A stretch of DNA of 64,000 nt from Oopsacas minuta (lineage: Eukaryota; Animalia; Porifera): the NCBI GenBank assembly GCA_024704765.1, contig JAKMXF010000110.1, forward strand, positions 496,001-560,000. Direction: 5' to 3'. A model generated the notes under the pieces. That model did no database searches, was not told the DNA's origin, and saw nothing but the letters and a program-made list of their open reading frames with translations. This document shows, in pieces, positions 36,928-49,005 of this stretch. How positions within the stretch are numbered: the stretch's first letter is position 1; every line of letters begins with the position of its first letter. The translations under genes and the position numbers were made by a program.

Positions 36928-39159
36928 TTAATAAACTCGAATCATTGCGTCATTCTGAGTGACTAAAATTAAGTGCCCCATATTTGAAATCATCATGAAA
37001 TCTGGCTCAAAATCAATCTTCCCTCTCGTTCGGACGCTGTCTAGCGACATATCTAGAACATAGATATATCCATTTTGATACAGGTAGACATTGTCAAAGT
37101 GGTCGATGGAAATTAGTGTCTTCGAACTCTTGGGTTTTGTTGGGGCAGTATTTCCAACCGGAATCGTGAGGTTAATCGGCCTCGTCCCTGGATTATTTTT
37201 TCGTAGGGTCCCTGAACGTTCTAGAGGTTGTCTCGTGGGTAGAGGAACTTTCGAAGAACTGTGGACCCTTGCTGGCCCATCAGCTCTTGAGTCCAAGAAT
37301 TTGAACTCTTTGAGTTCTTCCCCTTGTTCAGTGAAACGCTTTATCACAGGTTTATTGTCAAAGACATAGTAAATATCTCCAAAGGAATTGCTTGCTATTT
37401 GGAGATTCGTGTAAGGATCATAAACTATTCTTTGGGGAGCTTCTGGAGTCGCACGCTTCGCTGGTTGTGATATGGTTATAAATCCGCTCATAAAATCAGA
37501 ACTCAGGTCTTGGGAGCTTCCAAAAGTGTCCTGCTTCGTTGTGACTGGCGTAGTCGGCATAGGGGTTGTTTTGATCACTGGATAAAGTTCAAAGGAATGT
37601 TCCAACTTACTATCAGAAGTGTATATCTCCACCTGATGAGGTTCTTTATTATATACAATGAATCTCTCTCCTTTCCCTGTAATTACATTGAAAGGGTCTG
37701 ACATAGGAGAGCCTGACTCTGAATTCCCTGACACAGCACTTTTAACTTTGCCATCATACATTGCTTGCAGCATTTTCTTGTTTCTGTCTACAATTAATAC
37801 AATGCCATCTGGGGTAGCGTAAAAGTGTGATATAGTTGTTTTGTCATCCAGGGCATTCATAGGCTCAAGCCATTTGTGTTTCTTTAATGGTTTAAAACAG
37901 CTGTTGAGTCGTAGGATCATATTAGCTTGACTGTTCTTATCTTCCTTATCATCATGGAGTAGTACCTGCATGCCTCCATTTGATGTCTTGACTATTCCCG
38001 CAAGTTTTATATTATTCGATAATTTCAATTTGGAAATCAGATCAATCGTGCATCTCGGGGTTTCAAAGCCAAGCGGGAAGCGAAAATTGAACTTTCCCAT
38101 GCGTAGAGGGTCATTTACAAACTGGCTGTCTTGCTTGAATTGGAATTCAATTTTGTTTTGGTATGTGGTAATTATGGACCGTGTCCGTTCAAACGTGTCC
38201 ATTTTGTTACAAAGCGCCACAGCTGGAGGGAAAAGATGAGTGCCTGGTAACTCGTTAAGGAAAAATGACGTCATTTCTAATAAACGCTTTGATTCTTTAA
38301 TGAACTTTTCGTGTGACTCCATTGCATCTTCTATTTCAATTTTTCTATTCGCGAAAACAGTCTTTATTGTATTGTTAAGCTTATTGTGCCGCGTTTTTAA
38401 CTGCTCAATATAGGTGTCAAAATGGCTATCTATACTTTTCAACAATTCATCTTCCTGTCTAGAAATCCCTTTCAGAATCTCACAAAGCCTTTTGCTCTCA
38501 GAAAGTAGTTCTTTAACTTTCAAAGCTTGTTCTTTTTGTTTATCACTGACTATTTGTCTTCTTCCATTAAAACTGTCTAATATTTCATTTACATAACATT
38601 TATTTCTTGCATGTCCCTCATTCGTGCATTCAATACACAGCACTTCATTACATCTATAGCAGTATAGTTGTATTTGTTTCTCAGAATGTTGTCTACACAT
38701 ATTGCGTGTGTTCTCAGGGATTAGCTTGAATATATTGTCATAATCGTCGAATGCTTCTAGTTTGAATAGTTTGTGTTCTTGTTTCGAGGATTTTGCGTGT
38801 GTATTAGCATCATGTTGACACATAATCATTTTGCATTCTCGACAGTAGATCGAAGCTTTTGCTTTCTTACACAAATCACACATAGAGCTTCCTATTTTAA
38901 TGTTCCCCATTAGCGTTTTAACATTGGCTAGATCTTCGAAACTTCTATTACCATAGTGTTGAGGCATTCCGTTTTCTTCTAGCTCAAAAGCTTCTTTACA
39001 AACGACACATTTTGGGTCACTACTCCCACTCATGTTTTTAATACATTCAAAGCAAAATGTATGTAGGCAGTTTAGGATATATGGATTGTGATAGGATTTG
39101 TGACAGCTCCCACATTCTCCTATGTCAAACAAATGATATTGGCCCAATTTATCGGACAT
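36928..39159 (-). CDS. TRIM E3 ligase: RING - B-box1 - B-box2 - coiled coil - divergent NHL-like propeller, single exon, 743 aa
   Basis: C3HC4 RING CGSC..LNCLHTFCFEC..CVVC; B-box1 CDLC..YCRECKMIMCQHD; B-box2 CRQH..YCYRCNEVLCIEC..H; helical coiled region; C-terminal IASNSFGDIYYV and ISIDHFDNVY NHL-like blades. Confidence 0.85.
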   Translation of the reverse strand: MSDKLGQYHLFDIGECGSCHKSYHNPYILNCLHTFCFECIKNMSGSSDPKCVVCKEAFELEENGMPQHYGNRSFEDLANVKTLMGNIKIGSSMCDLCKKAKASIYCRECKMIMCQHDANTHAKSSKQEHKLFKLEAFDDYDNIFKLIPENTRNMCRQHSEKQIQLYCYRCNEVLCIECTNEGHARNKCYVNEILDSFNGRRQIVSDKQKEQALKVKELLSESKRLCEILKGISRQEDELLKSIDSHFDTYIEQLKTRHNKLNNTIKTVFANRKIEIEDAMESHEKFIKESKRLLEMTSFFLNELPGTHLFPPAVALCNKMDTFERTRSIITTYQNKIEFQFKQDSQFVNDPLRMGKFNFRFPLGFETPRCTIDLISKLKLSNNIKLAGIVKTSNGGMQVLLHDDKEDKNSQANMILRLNSCFKPLKKHKWLEPMNALDDKTTISHFYATPDGIVLIVDRNKKMLQAMYDGKVKSAVSGNSESGSPMSDPFNVITGKGERFIVYNKEPHQVEIYTSDSKLEHSFELYPVIKTTPMPTTPVTTKQDTFGSSQDLSSDFMSGFITISQPAKRATPEAPQRIVYDPYTNLQIASNSFGDIYYVFDNKPVIKRFTEQGEELKEFKFLDSRADGPARVHSSSKVPLPTRQPLERSGTLRKNNPGTRPINLTIPVGNTAPTKPKSSKTLISIDHFDNVYLYQNGYIYVLDMSLDSVRTRGKIDFEPDFMMISNMGHLILVTQNDAMIRVY

Positions 39160-41106
39160 ATTAAATTTATTAAAATTTCAAAAATACAATTAATTACTAG
39201 CAATATGGCTATATATATATATATATGTATAGTAGTTTTTGTGCCACCACAAAGCTATTGCAACATACACTTAACCAGTTCATTGTTCAAATCAATTTCA
39301 AAAAGACTTTGTAATATGATCAGTCTACTAGTTGTAGTAAAGTTTGAGGCCTGGAATACGTTATGCAATTAATCAACATCCATAATATTGAACCGTCATA
39401 ATGTGTTGAGAAAGCGAATTTTCGAGATTGCGGATGTCCAATTCCTGTTTGCTATTGAGTGGGTTGATTCAAATATCTGCGTAGATATGAATTGTTAATT
39501 AGTATAATTACTCGCTGGAAAATCTATAAATGTCCACGCACTTCTAATTAGACAACACAGTGTAGCATATTTCCTAACTAGTTGTAAAAACAGCAGGTGC
39601 TACGTGCGTCTTTGTGTATTTTTATAGTCAGCTGTAAGCAGATGTATCACACTTAGTTAATATTAATTTTGTACATACAAGCACTTCGCAGTCCAATAGT
39701 GATGATCATAGCTATCAATTAAATACCTTTTAAAAGACAAAAATTGTTCAAAGGTCTATAATCGCCGCTCGTACGGACAGTAAAAATAAATGTATGTCAA
39801 ATTTGGTATCATCTTTGCTCTCAAAATATTTATATCGTTGATGTATGTACTTTAAAATATCTAATTCAATAATATTACTGACCAAATAATCAACTAGAGT
39901 GAATCATAAGGTATATTTATCACTGTATCATCCAACTCTTGTTATCACGTTGCTGACCTTCAGCTACCCTTGAGATTGTGTTAATATCATTTTCCTACTG
40001 AAGAATGCATTGCTATATGATCTGAGATAGGCTATGTGGGCGTGGGCATTTAGTCTCAATAATATCCTAATTAACTTTGTAATTAATTATACATTAAGGA
40101 GATATTTAATTGAAAGTATTTTTTCCCAAAGTCCATCTTTTCTGTGATCACATTAGAGCCTAGTATATCCTGTTATCCATGGTTAACATCACTTACATAT
40201 ATTATTATCATAATCATACTTGCCAAACGGAACTTTCGGCCCCAATATTTCATTCCACTAATCCATGGTAAATTCCTACTCTAACAACTAACAGCTAGAA
40301 GAGTGCCTCAAAAGTCAAATTACTTTGATTCAATCCACTGTGAAACGTCTAAAGTTCACATCTATTGTAATCAAACCAAAATACTCTTGATATACAGTAA
40401 TGTCCATCTATCAAGATATCGCCTAATACCAACTATTTTCATGGACATATAATGCATTTTTGCACTCTAAATAATTCGTCTAATAGTGAATTCGAGTATT
40501 AGGAAAATCCTAATACTTGAATCACTGCAAAATACGATTCGGCTAACTCCATATTACGGAATGCAAGTTCATCTACAGTATTAAAGTTGTTATAATAGTT
40601 TGGTTGCTTAACTTGTCATTAGGAATGCATGATGTATTACCTAACAACAGCTCTATGTCTATACGCGTAAAGTGTAATAATGCCGAAAGCAAAATATACC
40701 CAATAATTCATATTTGAAGTGCGTATGCTATTGTCAGTTTTCAAAGTATAATACTAGTAGTTGTCGAGTATTGTAATAAAATTCATTAATTTCGAAATTT
40801 ACTTAACAAGGATAAAGCATTTTACTAAATAATCATGTGTAACAATTACAAGTCTGATTCAAGAAATAATTATATTGCAAATTTCCTTAAAGCACATAGA
40901 TCGTTTTCAGAATAATTATGCAAAGATACTAATAGTGATCTGGATTGGAATAATCACTAATTCAATGTCTAGTCCCTATACTTTATTGCATACAACTAGG
41001 CAACATACATGATAAGCCATTGTTGTTTGAATATAGAGTACGTTCCTACTTCCATGCAAGTTTAATGCTATCTTCACAATACACAATGCAACTTTGTCGC
41101 ATACAA

Positions 41107-41472
41107 CAGAGGTCCCCAACCTACGGCCCGCGTTCCCAAAAGTTCTAGCCCGTCAAACCCTAGCTCCAATTTGCCTACTCTTATGTATTCGCTTACTACT
41201 AACAAATTAGTGCCACTTTGCCAACTCAATGAAGCGTATTAATTAACACATTTGAAACATTATCAAAACAAAGAAAACAGCATCAAGTTTCTCATAAACA
41301 TGTTAGTAAAGTGTAGTATTAGTTCAATGTTAGTTACTAAGAAATGTGTGAAGTAGTTCTAATTGCTTACTCTTAGGACTTAGGACATAGGGTATAAAAG
41401 AAAAGTTTGGCCCGCCTGACTCACATATTACTAGGAACTGGCACTTGGTTCTAAAAGGTTTGGGGACCGCTG
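41107..41472. mobile_element. hAT-superfamily MITE, 366 bp
   Basis: TIRs cagaggtccccaacct / aggtttggggaccgctg flanked by a perfect 8-bp TSD GCATACAA (41099-41106 and 41473-41480). Confidence 0.9.
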
Positions 41473-44460
41473 GCATACAACATATTTGCCTCAAAATTGC
41501 AACTTTGAAAGTTGCATGCAAAACTTATTACATAGAAATTCACCAACACTTTAGATTAAGGAAATTATATTATTCTATCTAGCAAACAAATTTTAGACAT
41601 TATCTGTCCATATTTTATTGAATTACATTAATGCATAGAAAAAACTCGTAATAATATCTTTCAGTTACTGGGAGCACGAGTTGAGCTATATACTGTTTGT
41701 TGAAGGCACGTCTTTATGGTTGTTTGTAATTTGTTAACGAACAAATTGGGTAATCATTTCTATGAAATTGGAGAAACAGTTTTATTGTAAACAAGCAGGC
41801 TCATAATATGACCTTGACACTAAACTTCTATGCTGTAATTACCCATCAAGGATTGGAGATATACTATTACCCATAGAAACGAGGATCCTTATTATTACGT
41901 AAGAGCTATAAATCAATCAAAATAACTAATTAACTTATCAGAATCTGTAAACTATTTATATTCATTCATTCGTTACAAAAATATTTGCCACTGACTAATT
42001 TTTGTGAATTACTTGTCAATAATTATCCATATTATTTTGTAATTAATAATAATAGCCCGTTCATTAACAAGATTAATGTCTGATACGAAATATTAACACA
42101 GAATCGTTAGCAGTAAAATCAGAGGAATAGTATTGGTGTCTGGATTTTATTGGAGAACGTACAGTCAAACTTGTCTATAGACGTTACCCAAAGGACTTTC
42201 CAAAAGTGTCCGCAGTATCTTCAAAGCCAAGAGAAAGATATATTCGATTGTGCGAGTATGATAATCTTTTAATAATGGGGAACTTGTCCAGTATATTGGT
42301 CCCGCATTTCCTATCACTGTTTCGCATACTCCCTCACCCATGATCTTTGAATATAGCACATATAAACTTGTTTCAATGTGAGCGCGCTTCACTTGCTGGC
42401 TAGCTCATAATGTACTGCACCTGCTTCTTGATTACAACTCTTTCGCATGTGATAGCTGCATGTTGCAAATGTATGTAGTATTGAGAGACATACAGTTGTA
42501 CTATATACAAATTTGATGGGGCATAAACTTAACGTCTATACTCTATATTCACAAGAACTTGCAAATCTAACAGGTTCAAAGAGTAGGCTAATGATCATAG
42601 TATATTCTTCAAAATGTATTACAATCTTCAAAGAAGGCAATTATGCAATTTCGAATTGGATATTTAGCTGTATTTAATAGGAAGCTAGAAAGTTGTTGTA
42701 TGATTTAAATAAGCTTATACTGGGCATAACGAAGTTGTAATTATTACTAACAGTAATAGTATTAATATCATCATTACAAAGTTCAAGTTGAGATATTATG
42801 ATTTAAGTACTATGAATGTAGTAAGAATAAGCATCAGTACAACTTCGTTCTATAGTGTTATGTTGATCAATATCTTGAGAAATATACTTGTAATAGAGCT
42901 GTATCGATTTATTAGTGCTACTATCGACCCTGAGTGACATACCAACGTTTCTATGCCAGGCGGAATCACCTTAAGATATAGGTAAAACTAGAGGGAGCTA
43001 GTAGGCCATTTGCCTTTTGGTAATATGTACTCATTTTCTGGAAGATAGAAAAATGTCCAGGGCCTCTCCGTATTTCCTAAAGATAGATATACGTAACTAC
43101 TTATCCTGATTGAATGTTTTTGAATTGAATTACGGCCATATCTGTTCTACAATAATTCTATAGTGTATATTGGAACTAACACTTGTATGTTAAAGTTATT
43201 ACTTCATTTACTATTAAGAAAAACAGCAATCCATTCAAAAGTGGCAATAAGTGATTAGAATATATTTGTGCAACAAAACGCTAATTTGATTCGAAATTTC
43301 ATAGTTTTTCATTGAATAAAATAAGTTACGACAGAAAATTGGAATCTATTTTTAGGTTTAAACCTAGTCTTAAATCATATTACGGTAGTTGTATTGTTGA
43401 ATTTGTTGCTTAAGCTTATTTAGTGCGTGGGTTGGTACTCACTTTACCGACTGCCCATAGTTTATAGATAACAATAGAGTTCTCTCTGCCAGACAACCAA
43501 TTTGTGTACTAATCACAATGATTGATTATGTATTTTGGTCCGTGCCTTAATTGAGTGGGCTGCAATATCTATTCAGTGAGTATTTTGTTATATTTCAGAC
43601 ATTTCTCAGTCCATAACAAATATATTTTCCACATAGAATAGGGAATTATTGAATGGTAAGGTTTATCGAGATTTGAACTGGTGAGCTCTTTATCTTTTCA
43701 TTTTTAGTTATTTAGCTCTGCAAAACTTGAGAAAACTTTGCTAGAAAATTTGTTTATTTATATTGTTGTCTGTTTGTTTGTTCTATTTGTAAATTAATTA
43801 AGGTGAGACATCCTGTTACCCTCGTCCATTACTCGCTATTAAAATGTATTTCAATTTTTGGTTCCCTTTAGACAACAGATTTAATAAATACAAACAAATA
43901 ATATTTATATAAACTCTACGATTTGAAATCAAGATTTCCAATTTCATTAATTTGGCGTCTCACTGTTCTAAAAATATTTGAATTTAATACATAGCACTAG
44001 GAGTTTGGACAATTCCGTTCCGGTCTTTGTCAAGTCTCGGCTGTAAATGAAACTCAATAAATATCTGAAAAGCGACACATCCTGGGAAATCATCGTATAG
44101 TTTGAAAGTACCCAGATGTTGTTGATAACTAGTTTCAGTGGTTATGATACTCTTGCTCTCGTTATATTGAATTATTACTTGAGTCTACTGTGTTTTAGCC
44201 AAATTGTTTTGAAGTACTTGGAAATCACAAATACATAACAGACGAATTAAAATGTTTATCTTTTCTAACACATCAATTATAGGACTTTATTTGATGTTTT
44301 ATTAATTAAGCTCAATTTATGGATATTATTTGGATCAAAATTATGTGGAAAATTCAATAGTTCAGTGTATGTATTCCCAAATATATCAATATTTTGTGTG
44401 TATTTTACTTGGAAATAGTCATTATTATTACAAGTTAAGGTGAACTTTCAAAAATCATGT

Positions 44461-44598
44461 CCCTGGAATAGAAGAGGGGATTTTGAGCCCTCTCCTATTC
44501 CAGCGTCACGCTTTTTGAAATATAAATAATTGGGGTTGTCACACTTTGATACTCCCTCCCCTTGGTAGCGTTACGTAACGTTCGAACGAGCCCTTATA
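44461..44598. mobile_element. Interspersed repeat with terminus taagggctcgttcgaacgttacgtaacgct (PIF/Harbinger-like MITE remnant)
   Basis: Its reverse complement aligns with ~13086-13225 (ttaagaaccgttcaaacgttacgaaacact..gagagggtcaaaatc). The superfamily call is inferred from the terminus only. Confidence 0.55.
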
Positions 44599-46791
44599 GA
44601 GAATAACTACAATTGTTAAGTAGGCAAATACGTACGTATATACTAGCCTAATCTAGAGCTACACAAATACATTCATTACCGTCAGCAGTGTATATTTAGT
44701 TTGTTATACGATTTTACCCGTAGCATAGCATATGGTTTAATTACTGTGTTGTGTAGTCTAGCATTAAAACCCCCCAATATCTCATACTCGCATTGACGCA
44801 ATTACCATGTGACAGAATATTTATCCACGTAGGTAGAATTCTCCAATGTATAAACTACAGTATTGATTTCCTGAGACAGATCAATTTGATTCCAAACACG
44901 ATGTAGTGTATTTCTGGAAATATAAAGCAAAAAGCAGAGCAACATTTTCTGCTAGCAAATAATACATCTTTGACTAATCTATATACAAATACCCTCACAA
45001 CAATTCCATTAATAATATTCACTGCAGCTGCACGAGTTGTGTAATATTATTATGCATATTAGAGCGTGTTGAGTTTATTGATTAAAGGGTGGGAGATGTA
45101 GTATAGCGATTTGAACTCTATATAATCTCCAAGGTTCATGAATGTATATATATATATTGAGACATAGTATGGTTAGTATTTACAAACACTTTTCTCAGGT
45201 AACATTGTACAACATGTTGCAATTATAGGGTATGATTTAATATACGAGGATATTGTTACAGAGATTACTGAACAGTGTAACACAATAAAATATGTGATAA
45301 TATATCTGTATAGGGGCGCCGAACTGTATAACAACTTAAACATCCATCAGACCTTACACATATATATATCGGTAGACTCAGTAGTAGGCGAAATGAATTG
45401 CTCATCAATTTGACCTATACTTTCTATACATAATTCTCCAAAGGTTCAGGCAGTTGAGACACACTCACTGTACGTACTACCTATTCTAAATTAGACCTGA
45501 TCGACTGGACCATCTCTTATGGACATTTTATGTGCCATTCGGCTCCAATCAGAAGTGTATGTTCATGAGTGTATGATAACACGGCCCTTGCAGCAAGCAG
45601 CATGTCCTTACCTCACTCACTAATAGATCAAATATCATGTTATTCTGTTCTAAAATAGTCTAATAATTAGAACAAATTATTAATTGAGTTTCATTCAGTG
45701 TTATTATGTTCCTTAATTCCAGTAGATATAGATATTGTCAAGAATATTCCTGAAGAACTTTCCAACCTTACACAACAGATAATAATTGCTAATCTCAATG
45801 TTGATCCCTGAGTAATCTCAAAAAATAACCTTTCTCCATTTTACTTGAGTTTATGGAAGAACCTGTAAGATCTACAAACTTATATTTGTCAGGTGTTTGA
45901 AAGTGGTGAATCTCAAAAACTAATCAAATTTTTTAACAAACTGCTAATTTCAATACTTTCCAAATCTTATCAATACTGTGTAGTCTACTACAGTAAGATG
46001 CTCTTTGCTACAGATTTCTAATTTTATCTAACTGCGTAAAACATTAATTACTACATTCGAGACGTAATATACTAAACTGAAAGTTGTAGTCAGGAATTTG
46101 TTCATAAAGTTGGTAATAACAATTTCGAAGTTTTCTGAAACTTTTTAGGTTTAATAACTCTGCATCTGTCATATTACATATACAATTGGTGCTTACAGTA
46201 CTTGTATAAAGTTGTACAGTGATTTACAAAAATACTATAGTTAGCAAGGCTGTAGCAAGAAAATTTCAATAGGTCAGGTTGAGTTATACAAAATAAATGG
46301 TAGATACAAAAGTTGGGGCGTTTGAAACTTAATAATCCGTACTGTCTCCTACTGCCATGGCTAGCGCTATAATTCGTAGCTATCCGGATAGATATTAGCG
46401 AGGCTAATAATGCTATAAACAATGCCCTTGTTTATCGCATTGATTAATCCATCAAAAAGGCTACAAGAGATCAAATTCATCAAATGAGTTACAACAAACT
46501 TAATTCAATTAGTTCTTATCGTATCATATCTAGACCAAATATATAATAATAATATTCAGCCTTACTGACTCGGCCTCTTATGGAGTAATTTTAGTTATTA
46601 AAAGATATGAAAACTAAGTAAAGTTGATAAATATTTATTCAATCATTGTTGTGCTAGAATTATACAAAAAGATATTTATAATAGAATGAGTGCGCTTTGT
46701 TTAAAGTGAATGGGTGAGAAATACCAGTGAGAAGGAGATAAACTGCAATATTGCAAGTTCAGTGATATACATTTTAATGGTGTTATTGAGA

Positions 46792-49005
46792 TTATTGAAC
46801 GCTAAAACGGTGTAGAGAACCTTTGCTAGAGAGAATGTAAGCTTCTCCGAAGGGGTTAACTGAGAAGGAAACTGGTTCGATCTTTTCCCCTAGTTTGTCT
46901 TTCTTTATGAATTCGTGGTTGGCATCAAAAGTTAGGATGTGTTTCTTCCTGCAAATGTAAATATTGTCGAGGTTGTCTGTTGTTATCAAAGTCCGCTCTT
47001 CAAGCCTTGATTTAGGAGTAATTCTACCTGAATTTGTTCGAGTAAGAGGGGATGAAACTCGCTTTATACTGTTTGACCGACTTAAACTAGGACTTAGATT
47101 ACCGGAATTGCTTCTAACCATGCCAGTGCCCATTGCATGATACGTAGAATTATCCAAATGCCTTTGGTAGTCAACGGTATCTACCCTTTTACCATCGATG
47201 CTAAATGCTGAGAAGGTTGGTTCGTTTTCGTGGGCGACCAAGATTTGGTTCTTGGAGTTTGTTGCTAGTGATTGAGTCTGTATGTCAGAGGCTTTCTTAG
47301 ATGATGAGAAGGGCGAACAGGTTCTTGGACGTATTGTTCCATCGGTAGGGAAGACATCAGGTGAATTCGTACCGCTTAAACGTGACCCGGGTCTAGAGTT
47401 CGGTCTGGAGCCACCACCTGAACAACTGCTACTTGTTGAATTATTCCTCTTCCTAGGTACTTGTTCATCACGGACTTGTATTACTCTTATACATTCAAAT
47501 TCTTTGTTTAGAATATGGACTTGGCCATGCTGTTTATCATACGTAACTACATTGTCACCATCATTGCACCTTTTCACCTCACAAATGCTTGATGGATCAG
47601 TAATGCAATTATCTTCTTCATTAGCGGGAGTTTTCGAATTATTATGGGGGATATTGGCATTCTTTCGTCGCAAATCATTGACTGATAGATTAGTAGGCCG
47701 CACTTTGGAAAGAGTTGATGAAATGTGATCGGATGTTGAATTTGTCTGAGGAATTAATGACAATTCGATTTTTGGCAGTTTGCTTTCTTGAGTTGTCGGC
47801 GATTGTATTAAATTTAAGTTTGCCTTCTTCACGCTTAGCATTAGATCGTCGTTCTTAGTAATTCCAATATCAGATGCAACGATAATTTCGGAAGATTTAG
47901 TAAAATCTGGGACCCCAACTCGGGAAATCTTTCCAATATTTTCGATTTTTGCTTCTAGTTCGTTCACTTCGTTCGACTCCATTTCAAACTTAATTTTCTG
48001 AGCTTTTAGCTCTCTCTTAGGAATGAGTTCTTTCAGAGAATTTACACGGGAATTTATCGTATTTGAGTTTGCAAAGAAGTAATTGGTTGGGAATAGCTTC
48101 GACGATGCGTTATAATAGGTCTCTACATCAGCTAGTTTCGTTTTGAACGTTTCTATGGTTTCCAAATACTTTTCAAAGGCAATTTCCTGTGCAGTGAAAT
48201 GCTTGTTTATTTGACTTTCAAAATATTTCCTTCTTCCTTCGATCATTTCCTGGATATTTTGGAACCCGCTATCTAATTCATTTAGAGCCCTTGTCCTCGA
48301 ATTTTTAAGTTGCTCTAACTCTTGATGAAGGTTAGATTTCATATTTTCAACTATTCCACTGTTTTCCTTTGCTTTCTCGAAAGTCTCTGTTAGATTTTCA
48401 AGCAAAGCACCTTCAGATTCGGCAAGTATTTTCGTGCCGTGGTTAATATGTTCAAAACGTGCGCACCATTCACAACATGCTATATCACATTTAGGACAAT
48501 ACACAGTTACTTCAGTGTTGTTATGCTTGCTGCAGTATATAACAGGGTTGGGTGGTAGAAGTGATTTCAATGGGCTGAATGTGACATCATCAAATGATTT
48601 GACTTCATGCGTAACGTGGAATCGAATGTGAGCTTTTTTGTCGAATTCGCAGATGAATTGCTGGCACTGTATACAGTATGCAATACCATTTCCAACTTCT
48701 CCATCGATTTCCTGGTAAGTGCAATTATGGCAGGCAATCGTTTCGGGATGAAATGCTATTTGCTCTAAAGCTTTTTGGACTGTCGTTATTGCCTGATAAG
48801 GAAGGTGGTTGGGCAATTCATTGATCGCTTCCCTCGTAAGCTGGTGAACTTCTTGGCAATTGTTGCATGTTATTGTATTTGTTTTTGAATGCAGATTGCT
48901 CTGCAGGCATTCACCACAAAATACGTGCAGGCAGGACAACGATTTTGGAGATTGGTATGCTTTTTTGCATATGGAACAAATATTTTCTTCAAAATTATAT
49001 GACAT
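46792..49005 (-). CDS. TRIM E3 ligase: RING - B-box1 - B-box2 - coiled coil - divergent NHL-like propeller, single exon, 737 aa
   Basis: RING CSIC..LSCLHVFCGEC..CNNC; B-box1 CHNC..YCIQCQQFICEFD; B-box2 CSKH..YCPKCDIACCEWC..H; coiled region; LATNSKNQILVA and ITTDNLDNIY blades. Confidence 0.85.
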   Translation of the reverse strand: MSYNFEENICSICKKAYQSPKSLSCLHVFCGECLQSNLHSKTNTITCNNCQEVHQLTREAINELPNHLPYQAITTVQKALEQIAFHPETIACHNCTYQEIDGEVGNGIAYCIQCQQFICEFDKKAHIRFHVTHEVKSFDDVTFSPLKSLLPPNPVIYCSKHNNTEVTVYCPKCDIACCEWCARFEHINHGTKILAESEGALLENLTETFEKAKENSGIVENMKSNLHQELEQLKNSRTRALNELDSGFQNIQEMIEGRRKYFESQINKHFTAQEIAFEKYLETIETFKTKLADVETYYNASSKLFPTNYFFANSNTINSRVNSLKELIPKRELKAQKIKFEMESNEVNELEAKIENIGKISRVGVPDFTKSSEIIVASDIGITKNDDLMLSVKKANLNLIQSPTTQESKLPKIELSLIPQTNSTSDHISSTLSKVRPTNLSVNDLRRKNANIPHNNSKTPANEEDNCITDPSSICEVKRCNDGDNVVTYDKQHGQVHILNKEFECIRVIQVRDEQVPRKRNNSTSSSCSGGGSRPNSRPGSRLSGTNSPDVFPTDGTIRPRTCSPFSSSKKASDIQTQSLATNSKNQILVAHENEPTFSAFSIDGKRVDTVDYQRHLDNSTYHAMGTGMVRSNSGNLSPSLSRSNSIKRVSSPLTRTNSGRITPKSRLEERTLITTDNLDNIYICRKKHILTFDANHEFIKKDKLGEKIEPVSFSVNPFGEAYILSSKGSLHRFSVQ

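Noticed and set aside
37091-38596. Several + strand ORFs inside the TRIM gene (likewise 47282-48631, 55696-56652, 58193-58456, 60009-61021)
   Set aside because: Antisense shadows of long coding ORFs with no recognisable motifs.
42165-42392. 75-aa ORF in the TRIM spacer (also 53002-53355, 46174-46422, 3900-4367)
   Set aside because: No domain motifs, non-ATG or weak starts, and partly repeat-derived; consistent with chance ORFs.
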